A stretch of 48,457 nucleotides of DNA, taken from the NCBI GenBank assembly GCA_040397155.1, contig JBBAWP010000003.1, positions 759-49,215 on the forward strand, given 5' to 3'. The stretch comes from Candidatus Limnocylindrus sp. (lineage in GTDB: Bacteria > Chloroflexota > Limnocylindria > Limnocylindrales > Limnocylindraceae). Positions 37,601 through 43,623 of the stretch are shown here, piece by piece (within the stretch, counting starts at the first letter, position 1; every line of letters begins with the position of its first letter). The notes beneath the pieces are model-generated. The model was given only the letters and a program-made list of their open reading frames with translations, had not been told where the DNA came from and did no database searches. The translations under genes were made by a program, and so were the position numbers.

Positions 37601-38044
37601 GGCTGGGTCATTCCAGTCCATCCACATGCCGAGCCGAATTGATTGCTCTGTCTGTCGCGCGGCATAGGTGAGGACGCGCTGCTTGCAGAGGCTGATGAAT
37701 TCAGCGAGCCCCTGCTCTTCAATCTGTCGCTTACTGGTGTAGCCGAGCTCGCGCTCAACATTCACCTCAACCCAGAGTCCCTGGCAATCAAACCCCTGCT
37801 GCCAACGTAGTTCGTGGCCAAGTGAGGCGCGGAAGCGCTGGAAGAGGTCTTTGTACGTGCGACCCCACGCATGGTGCACACCCATTGGGTTGTTCGCGGT
37901 GATCGGCCCGTCAAGGAACGACCAGGCCGGTCCGCCCGTCGTCTGTGCGCGAAGACGTTCAAAGACGCCTTCCTCCCGCCAGCTGCGCAGCATCTCGTGC
38001 TCAATGCTGACAAGGTCGGGTCGGGCGTCAACAGGACGGAACAT
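34628..38044 (-). CDS. ileS: Isoleucyl-tRNA synthetase (long, zinc-knuckle-containing form)
   Basis: Class I motifs are present as variants: NPMGVHHAWGR (HIGH region) and AMHKSWGNS (KMSKS region). There are several CxxC pairs and an editing domain. Start set at ATG 38044 (MFRPVDARPDL). An alternative TTG 38149 has GGAG 4 nt upstream. Confidence 0.92.
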   Translation of the reverse strand: MFRPVDARPDLVSIEHEMLRSWREEGVFERLRAQTTGGPAWSFLDGPITANNPMGVHHAWGRTYKDLFQRFRASLGHELRWQQGFDCQGLWVEVNVERELGYTSKRQIEEQGLAEFISLCKQRVLTYAARQTEQSIRLGMWMDWNDPAELLKLRDALAEGPTTPVTIAGVDGPVSGPVEQLIGRLGTPEVGGSYFTFSDENNDLIWTFLATCHARGWLYKGSDSMPWCARCGTGISQHEMTEGYADREDQSLYFGLALVDRPGEELIAWTTTPWTVAANVAAAVQPSLDYELVEFDGRKLWIGASRRTATLGGGAPRAVLLETRKGSELIGWKYRAPFDDLPAVREALGPDGAAHRVIGWDDVGSEEGTCIVHIAPGCGSDDHKLGVAEGLPAIAPIDESGLYLDGFGDLSGREWHEVTEDVFAHLTAAKSLLRREKITHRYPHCWRCATPLVFRLVDEWFISMGPLYDKPRSELTKLELDASLRYQIMSVVDRITWLPEFGYERELDWLRNMSDWMISKKRYWGLALPIYECASCGKVEVLSSRKELEGRATAGAAALKGHTAHRPYIDEVQIDCSGCGEKVTRVPDVGNPWLDAGIVSFSTLRYREDPDYWKRWFPADFITESFPGQFRNWFYSLLAMSTVMASSEPTKTIFGYGLVVGADGRAMHKSWGNSIEFDEAADRMGADVMRWLFVGSRPEENVLFGWEAADETRRRLLVLWNVYAFLVGQARSARWTPGEVEVPASSRSVMDRWILSRSAELASSVETSLRAYDAYAAVRRLEQGIDELSTWYLRRTRDQFAADAPERERHAAFDTLHQALLTLLRVAAPISPFFTDSLYRNLVGSDQTNGGAAGAGVSEVVGGAARPLAGAIRTGSAPGSIHLLHWPTEESAGWRDSELESAMERIIRAAELGRSVRSAAGIRTRQPLARARVVLGVRGADAEALQNILADELNVKSVERVDDASGLFERRVKVLLPKVAKRLGASTQVVMQAARDGKVEFLANGAVAIAGVELAADEIEIQAVPREGQHVAEDDGLVVELDTSLTPALVIEGDAREVIRAVQEARKSAGLQREDRVEMEIRGAPSELEQHRGEIVSAVGALRCHFAANGGAPLSGWERATVALSGGDAELFIRRATE

Positions 38045-38073
38045 GCTACGGAGCGTGCCACGCGCGTCCCTGC

Positions 38074-39768
38074 ATGGCAAACGGAGCGCCGACTCGCTCG
38101 CGGGTGAGGCGCTATCGTGCGAGGGTGAAAAGCGACGATCGAACCCCAAAGAGCTCCGCGTTCGCAGCGGCCCTCTTCTCCGTCCTCATCCCTGGGCTCG
38201 GACAGGCCTATCAGCGTCGCTGGCGGGCTGCCCTCAGGTTCGCAACCCCGCTCTTCCTCCTCGCCGCAGGTTTCGCTGGCATCTACGTTGCTGACGGGCT
38301 GGCCGGGCTCCTCGGACTCCTCCTCTCACCACTTGGACTAAGTGCGGCAGGGATCCTGAACATCCTCGCCGCCCTCTGGCGCGCCGCCGCCGCAACGGAA
38401 GCCTGGCGCCAGGGTCTCACCCGTGGCAGTGGTGTGCGCGCAACGCTCCTCTCGTCGGTTGCTCTCGCAAGCACGCTCGCCGTTGGCCTCTCCATCCATC
38501 TACTCGTTGGCGGGTATGTGAGTACCGCATCCGCACTCGTCGGTGGCATCTTCAGCGGTACCGAGGAGGGCGACGGGCAAGGGGGAGCGACCCCACCGAG
38601 CTGGGACGGCACCGAACGCCTGAACGTGCTCCTGATTGGCGTTGATCAACGACAAGGTGAAACAAGCTTCAACACGGACACCCTGATCGTTGCAAGTGTC
38701 GATCCCGTGAAAGGGTCAGTAAGCATGTTCAGCATCCCACGGGACACCGTTGATGTTCCGGTCCCAGCGAGCGCACAGGCCCTCTACGGTTCAACCTATA
38801 ACAACAAGATCAACTCCTATTACAGTTCGGCGAAAGCGAACAGCGACACGTTCCCAAACGGCCCCGCAGCCGCACTCCGCGAAATGCTCAGCGAGTTTTA
38901 TGGCATCCGCATTGACTACTCCGTCATGGTTAACTTCAGTGGCTTCAAGCAAATCGTAGATACCCTCGGTGGAATCCGCATCACCACGAAGAACCCCATT
39001 GTTGATGAGACGTATCCGGCGGGCGCCGGCCATCTGCGCCGCATCAGGATGCCGGTTGGCGTACGGACCATGGATGGTCAAGAGGCGCTGATCTTTGCGC
39101 GTTCGCGCCACGGCAGCTCCGACTTTGGACGTGCGGAGAGACAGCAACAGGTGATTGCCGCGGTCCGCGCACAGACTGATGTGGAGGCAATTGCAGCGAA
39201 TCTACCCGCCCTTGCGTCCACGCTTCAGGATGCAATCAAGAGTGACTTCCCGCAGGGCGATCTCCCTCGCCTGCTCGAGCTGCTCGGCCGAGTGGATGCA
39301 AGCAACCTCAAGAGCATCGTCTTCGCTCCACCCGTCTACCAGACAGTTGGAGCGGACGAGCGCGGGTACATCATCGTCCCTGACGTTGAGAAGATTCGCC
39401 GGGCGATCCTTGCTGCATTTGCCGCCGAACCAACACCTGACGAAGTGGAAGAGCAATCTGTTGAGCGCGAGGCGGCCCGCATCTGGGTGCTGAACGGGAC
39501 GGGACGGCCTGGCGAGGCGGGTGCGTTTGCGGCGCGGTTGATCCAAGCTGGCCTTGAAGCGACAGCTCCAAGCGGCATCACGCCTCCAGAGATTGGGCTC
39601 CTGCAGACACGGCTGACCGTCTACAACGGAGCGGCGCTCCGCGTTCCCGTCACGCTGGCGCTGATTGAACGATTAATGGGTATCCGCGCAGTAGAGATTG
39701 ATGACCCATCGGTGACCGTTGATATTCAGATCATTACGGGGGCGGACCTGTCGACGTTGAACGAGTAG
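38074..39768 (+). CDS. LytR-CpsA-Psr (LCP) family cell-envelope phosphotransferase with a multi-TM N-terminus and LytR_C-like C-terminus
   Basis: LLIGVDQRQGETSFNTDTLIVASVDPVKGSVSMFSIPRDT and FARSRHGSSDFGRAERQQ LCP core motifs. N-terminal FSVLIPGLGQAYQRRW followed by TM helices. C-terminal IWVLNGTGRPGEAG. Start uncertain. Confidence 0.85.
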   Translation: MANGAPTRSRVRRYRARVKSDDRTPKSSAFAAALFSVLIPGLGQAYQRRWRAALRFATPLFLLAAGFAGIYVADGLAGLLGLLLSPLGLSAAGILNILAALWRAAAATEAWRQGLTRGSGVRATLLSSVALASTLAVGLSIHLLVGGYVSTASALVGGIFSGTEEGDGQGGATPPSWDGTERLNVLLIGVDQRQGETSFNTDTLIVASVDPVKGSVSMFSIPRDTVDVPVPASAQALYGSTYNNKINSYYSSAKANSDTFPNGPAAALREMLSEFYGIRIDYSVMVNFSGFKQIVDTLGGIRITTKNPIVDETYPAGAGHLRRIRMPVGVRTMDGQEALIFARSRHGSSDFGRAERQQQVIAAVRAQTDVEAIAANLPALASTLQDAIKSDFPQGDLPRLLELLGRVDASNLKSIVFAPPVYQTVGADERGYIIVPDVEKIRRAILAAFAAEPTPDEVEEQSVEREAARIWVLNGTGRPGEAGAFAARLIQAGLEATAPSGITPPEIGLLQTRLTVYNGAALRVPVTLALIERLMGIRAVEIDDPSVTVDIQIITGADLSTLNE

Positions 39769-40716
39769 CTACGCGCCACCCTTCTTGGTTCCGTAAATCG
39801 GCGTAAGCCAGTGTGAATACTCAGGAACCCGACCTTGAACAGCGGCAAAGTATCGTTCCTGGATGCGCTTCGTGATTGGACCAATCTCCCCGCTCCCGAT
39901 CGCACGATGGTCCACCTCAATGACAGGCGAAATCTGTGCGCCTGTTCCACAGAGGAATAGTTCATCGCCGATGTAAAGCTCGCTTCGATCAATTGATCGC
40001 TCGCTCACCTTGAGACCCATTTCGCGTGCGATCTCCACAACCGCGGCGCGTGTGATCCCCTCAAGAATGTCATCGTTGAGACCTGGAGTGATCAGCGTCT
40101 CTCCCCGCAAGAGGAAGAGGTTCTCCGCGGAACCTTCAGACACCTTCCCCGCCTCAGTGAGCACGATCGCCTCATCGTGGCCGTTGAGCATCGCCTCGGT
40201 CTTGGAGAAGGCGCTATTCACGTAGTTGCCCACCACTTTGGCGCGCGCAGGGATCGCCAGATCGGAGGTCCGCCTCGTTGCCACCGTGGCACAGCGAATC
40301 CCTGAATCAATGTCAATGTAGTTTCCGAACGGGATTGCGATCACATAGAAGTTGTTCTTCAGCTCATGGAGGCGCACCCCGATCGCTTCGGTGCTCTTGT
40401 ACACGCTGGGGCGAATATAAACGTCCTCCTTGAAGCCGTTCTTTTGCAACAGTTCAATGATGATCGTCCGGAGCTCTGCAACCTCAGGGAGCGGGTTCAT
40501 CATCAAGATCTTGGATGATGCGCGGAGTCTCTCAAGATGCTCGTTCAGCTTGAGTGCATAGAGCTCGCCCTGATCTGCATTCCAGTAGGCACGGATCCCT
40601 TCGAAGGTGGCCGTCCCGTAGAGGAAGGCGTGCGTCATCACGTTAACCTTCGCATCTGCGAGCGGGCGGAACCCTCCCTCGAAATATGCGAGTGCAGCCT
40701 TCGTCTCGTTCGCCAT
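39769..40716 (-). CDS. ilvE: Branched-chain amino acid aminotransferase (fold type IV)
   Basis: 315 aa. FLYGTATFEGIRAY-type N-terminal block and EGSAENLFLLRGETLITP. SD AGGAGG upstream. Confidence 0.92.
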   Translation of the reverse strand: MANETKAALAYFEGGFRPLADAKVNVMTHAFLYGTATFEGIRAYWNADQGELYALKLNEHLERLRASSKILMMNPLPEVAELRTIIIELLQKNGFKEDVYIRPSVYKSTEAIGVRLHELKNNFYVIAIPFGNYIDIDSGIRCATVATRRTSDLAIPARAKVVGNYVNSAFSKTEAMLNGHDEAIVLTEAGKVSEGSAENLFLLRGETLITPGLNDDILEGITRAAVVEIAREMGLKVSERSIDRSELYIGDELFLCGTGAQISPVIEVDHRAIGSGEIGPITKRIQERYFAAVQGRVPEYSHWLTPIYGTKKGGA

Positions 40717-40773
40717 CTCAGCCTCCTAGCCCGGAAGGTACTTGGCGGCACTGGCGCCGCGTTATGAAGCAGC

Positions 40774-41523
40774 CTACGCGACGAGGCGCATCAAGGCAAC
40801 GAGAGCCGCTGCAGCGGCGACTGTTGCGATCAGGAGTGACCGCGCGCGCTCTGGGACGCGTGGGCTGAGTTGTCCTCCCGCAAAGCCCCCCACGGCGGCA
40901 CCGATCCCTGCTGCGAGGAGTTCAGGCGGCGTGATGCCTGCGCCGACTGTGGTCGCTGTCGCGAGATTGGAGAAGACGCCGACCGCACTCGACCCAACGA
41001 TCACCGCCACGCTTGTAGCGGTTGCCGCCTCGATTCGCATCGGCCCAAAACGGCGAGCGGCAGGGACTACGAAGACGCCGCCGCCAATGCCGAGGGCGCC
41101 ACTGAAAAAACCGCCCGCCCCCCCTCCGAGCATCAGCTGCCCCGTTCGGTGTTGGTTTCGTGTCGTTGACTTGGGTCGGTCAGGGAGGAGAGCGTCGCGT
41201 GCAACCACCACAGCAATCAGCGCAAACACCAATAGGAGCGGCTCCTCAGGAAGTCGCTGTGCCGCAACTCCACCGAGCGCTGAACCGATGAGCGCGGCTG
41301 GCGCCAGCGTGAACAGCGCGCTTCGATCAATCAGTCGACGACGTGCCGTAGGAAGGAGTCCGGCGATCGCACCAACAAAGACGGCGGCAAGGCTCAACGG
41401 CGTCGCCGTGGAGAGTGCTACTCCTGTGAGGAGGAGCGCCGGCACGATGATGATTCCCCCGCCGAGCCCTGCGATCGTTCCGTAGAGGGCCGCCGCGGCC
41501 GTGATGGCCGCGATCAGCACCAC
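40774..41523 (-). CDS. TauE/SafE family anion (sulfite-type) exporter membrane protein
   Basis: 249 aa with about 8 hydrophobic helices and a duplicated Gly-rich pattern (GLGGGIIIVP ... GIGGGVFVVP) typical of TauE/SafE (DUF81). Confidence 0.8.
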   Translation of the reverse strand: MVLIAAITAAAALYGTIAGLGGGIIIVPALLLTGVALSTATPLSLAAVFVGAIAGLLPTARRRLIDRSALFTLAPAALIGSALGGVAAQRLPEEPLLLVFALIAVVVARDALLPDRPKSTTRNQHRTGQLMLGGGAGGFFSGALGIGGGVFVVPAARRFGPMRIEAATATSVAVIVGSSAVGVFSNLATATTVGAGITPPELLAAGIGAAVGGFAGGQLSPRVPERARSLLIATVAAAAALVALMRLVA

Positions 41524-41529
41524 CAGGTG

Positions 41530-41799
41530 CTACCCCTGATGCTGTGGGGCGTACGGAAGGAGTGCCATCTGACGTGCACGCTTCAAGGCAACGGTCAGCT
41601 CATGCTGATGCTGCGTGCAGTTCCCTGTCTTTCGTCGTGGCTCAATCTTTGCGCGATCAGAAATGAAGCGGCGGAGCCGGTTCACTTCCTTGTAGTCGAT
41701 CACGCCGCGCTTATCGCCGCAGAATGAACAGGTCCGACGACGTCGGGCTGCGCCAAACTTGTCTTCACGCTTCTTGAATCGCTTTGGTGCCTCAGCCAT
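41530..41799 (-). CDS. rpsR: 30S ribosomal protein S18
   Basis: [26 protein letters not shown] ... [13 protein letters not shown]. Confidence 0.93.
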   Translation of the reverse strand: MAEAPKRFKKREDKFGAARRRRTCSFCGDKRGVIDYKEVNRLRRFISDRAKIEPRRKTGNCTQHQHELTVALKRARQMALLPYAPQHQG

Positions 41800-41842
41800 G
41801 TTGCTCTCCTCTCAATCTTGTGGTGGTTGTTCGCTACGTTGT

Positions 41843-42286
41843 TTAGAAGGGAAGGTCGTCGAGATCACTCGGCGCGGATGCCGGCCCCTCATCTGGGCGG
41901 GCCTCGGCACTCGGTGCTGCGGCTCGTGCAGGTCGCGGGGCGCTCGGGTCTGCGTCTGGATTGCGATCAACGATCACTACTTCGCTCGCCAAGATGTCGA
42001 GCGCTACTCGCTTTTCACCCTCTTTCGAGTCGTAGAGATCCACCTGAAGTCGTCCTTCGGCGTAGACCTTGCGCCCCTTGCGGAGCCACTCTGCGAGCTT
42101 CACGGAGCGCTCGCCGAACATGATCACGCGGTACCAGGTTGTCTTGTCTTCCCACTCGCCGCCAGCAGACTTGCGACGCTCATTGGTCGCCACGCGCATC
42201 TCAAGGCGCGGCTTCCCGTCGGCGGTGTACTTCAACTCTGGATCTGCGCCAAGGTTGCCGATGATGCTGATCTTTGCAAATGACAT
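41843..42286 (-). CDS. ssb: Single-stranded DNA-binding protein
   Basis: N-terminal OB fold (ISIIGNLGADPELKYT ... TTWYRV) and an acidic C-terminal tip DLDDLPF. Confidence 0.93.
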   Translation of the reverse strand: MSFAKISIIGNLGADPELKYTADGKPRLEMRVATNERRKSAGGEWEDKTTWYRVIMFGERSVKLAEWLRKGRKVYAEGRLQVDLYDSKEGEKRVALDILASEVVIVDRNPDADPSAPRPARAAAPSAEARPDEGPASAPSDLDDLPF

Positions 42287-42289
42287 GAA

Positions 42290-42709
42290 CTACTCCCCGT
42301 CAACTGCAACTGCGGCGGGGGCTGCGTCGCTTTCACCGTCATCAAGTTGCGCATCAGCAGCGGCGGCCGCGGCGGCGGCATCAGCCGCCTCCTCTTCGAG
42401 CTCGTCGCTGATCGCCGACGCTGGGCGTTCGTCTCGAATCACCAGGTGCCGGAGCACCTCTTCCGTGATCAGGAGCACGCGCTCAAGCTCAGCAATGGAT
42501 GCTGCAGGGGCCTCAAAGAGGTAGATCTGGTAGATGCCGTCGCGGTGTCCCTCAACCTCATACGCCAGTCGGCGACGTCCCCACGGGACGTTCTTGAGGA
42601 TGCTTCCACCCGCTTCGGTAATGGAGCGAACCGTTCGCTCAAGGATCGCCTTGCTGCGGTCCTCTGCAACATCTGGTTGCATGATCATCATGAGCTCGTA
42701 GCGGCGCAT
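42290..42709 (-). CDS. rpsF: 30S ribosomal protein S6 with a ~45-aa acidic Ala-rich tail
   Basis: MRRYELMMIMQPDV ... WGRRRLAY. SD AAGGAG upstream. Confidence 0.92.
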   Translation of the reverse strand: MRRYELMMIMQPDVAEDRSKAILERTVRSITEAGGSILKNVPWGRRRLAYEVEGHRDGIYQIYLFEAPAASIAELERVLLITEEVLRHLVIRDERPASAISDELEEEAADAAAAAAAADAQLDDGESDAAPAAVAVDGE

Positions 42710-42789
42710 TGCGCGCTCCTTCCTATGGATTCGCCCCGGTGCACCCTACGCAACTTGCGCAGTGGGCCGGAGCCGAAAGGCAGAGGCGG

Positions 42790-42798
42790 AGTGTAGCA
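42790..42798 (-). promoter_or_regulatory. Candidate extended -10 promoter element TGCTACACT for rpsF-ssb-rpsR
   Basis: Minus-strand TGCTACACT lies about 80 nt upstream of the rpsF ATG, in the 113-nt gap after tRNA-Cys. Confidence 0.45.
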
Positions 42799-42822
42799 CT
42801 CCAGGTGCTAGGGTCCAAGAGT

Positions 42823-42899
42823 TGGAGGCGACGGCCGGATTCGAACCGGCGAATAGGGGTTTTGCAGACCCCCCCCTTAGACCACTTGGGTACGTCGCC
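42823..42899 (-). tRNA. tRNA-Cys (GCA), CCA encoded
   Basis: Hand-folded cloverleaf. Acceptor GGCGACG/CGTCGCC, anticodon stem GGGGT/ACCCC with loop CTGCAAA, T arm GCCGG-TTCGAAT-CCGGC. 77 nt. Confidence 0.9.
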
Positions 42900-42909
42900 C
42901 TGTGTGTGC

Positions 42910-42983
42910 TGGCTGCCCCTCGAGGATTCGAACCTCGGTTCACGGATCCAAAGTCCGCTGTCCTACCACTAGACGAAGGGGCA
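42910..42983 (-). tRNA. tRNA-Gln (TTG), CCA encoded
   Basis: Acceptor TGCCCCT/AGGGGCA, anticodon stem GCGGA/TCCGT with loop CTTTGGA, T arm CGAGG-TTCGAAT-CCTCG. 74 nt. Confidence 0.9.
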
Positions 42984-43012
42984 ACGACCCCTCGAGTCCC
43001 CAAAGGAGGGAG

Positions 43013-43088
43013 TGGAGCGGAAGACGGGACTCGAACCCGCGACCTTCACATTGGCAATGTGATGCTCTACCAACTGAGCCACTTCCGC
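43013..43088 (-). tRNA. tRNA-Gly (GCC), CCA encoded
   Basis: Acceptor GCGGAAG/CTTCCGC, anticodon stem TCACA/TGTGA with loop TTGCCAA. 76 nt. Confidence 0.92.
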
Positions 43089-43104
43089 ACCGTTACACCG
43101 ATGA

Positions 43105-43180
43105 TGGTGCCGAGAGCCAGATTCGAACTGGCGACACCGCGCTCTTCAGGCGCGTGCTCTACCAACTGAGCTATCTCGGC
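43105..43180 (-). tRNA. tRNA-Phe (GAA), CCA encoded
   Basis: Acceptor GCCGAGA/TCTCGGC, anticodon stem CGCGC/GCGCG with loop CTGAAGA. 76 nt. Confidence 0.92.
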
Positions 43181-43292
43181 TCATTGACCGCCTGCCACGG
43201 CGACCTCAGACACCAACGACGCTGAGGATACCCTCCGCGGCGAGCGGGCGCAACGGAGGGCCCGGCAACAGTCAAGGTGGAGCCTTAGGGAC

Positions 43293-43368
43293 TGGTGGGC
43301 GGTGAGGGGCTCGAACCCCCGACCCCCTCGGTGTAAACGAGGTGCTCTACCAACTGAGCTAACCGCCC
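43293..43368 (-). tRNA. tRNA-Val (TAC), CCA encoded
   Basis: Acceptor GGGCGGT/ACCGCCC, anticodon stem CCTCG/CGAGG with loop TTTACAC. 76 nt. Confidence 0.92.
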
Positions 43369-43401
43369 GCTGTGTTCGCGCCGTGCGGCGCCCTAGAAGT
43401 G

Positions 43402-43486
43402 TGGTGCCCAGACCGGGACTTGAACCCGGATGACTTGCGTCATACGCCCCTCAAACGTACGCGTATACCAATTCCGCCACCTGGGC
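43402..43486 (-). tRNA. tRNA-Leu (GAG), long variable arm, CCA encoded
   Basis: Acceptor GCCCAGG/TCTGGGC, anticodon stem TACGT/GCGTA with loop TTGAGGG, variable arm TGACGCAAGTCATC. 85 nt. Confidence 0.9.
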
Positions 43487-43514
43487 ACAGGTGCTGCGTC
43501 CCTGACGCTGTTAC

Positions 43515-43601
43515 TGGTATCGAGGAAGGGACTTGAACCCATACGTCCTTGCGGACACTGGCTCCTGAAGCCAGCGCGTCTGCCAATTCCGCCACCTCGA
43601 C
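43515..43601 (-). tRNA. tRNA-Leu (CAG), long variable arm, CCA encoded
   Basis: Acceptor GTCGAGG/CCTCGAT (G1-U72 wobble), anticodon stem CTGGC/GCCAG with loop TTCAGGA, long variable arm. 87 nt. Confidence 0.88.
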
Positions 43602-43623
43602 CCGAACGAAGCCCCGCGAGCGA

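Noticed and set aside
36350-37642. 430-aa plus-strand ORF inside ileS
   Set aside because: It is in the antisense frame of a strongly conserved aaRS gene and has no motifs of its own. This is a GC-driven open frame.
38045-38400. Possible T-box riboswitch upstream of ileS
   Set aside because: I read the minus strand upstream of both candidate ileS starts and found nothing resembling the conserved T-box sequence (GGGTGGTACCGCG-like). The interval is occupied by the LCP coding sequence.
38600-40700. Apparent GC dip (about 50-55% by hand counts) over the LCP catalytic domain and ilvE, considered as a sign of horizontal acquisition
   Set aside because: Hand counts in other conserved enzymes (ileS, frr) give similar values (55-60%). 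The very high GC is concentrated in low-complexity or coiled-coil regions such as smc and the r-protein tails. No flanking mobility signatures are present. A proper sliding-window computation is needed before any claim.
42806-42814. Plus-strand TGCTAGGGT next to the rpsF promoter candidate, forming an inverted repeat TAGCAC-n5-GTGCTA, considered as a divergent promoter driving antisense-tRNA transcription
   Set aside because: No plus-strand gene lies downstream. It sits in the spacer region of the minus-strand promoter and may be a chance palindrome or an operator. There is not enough evidence to call it.
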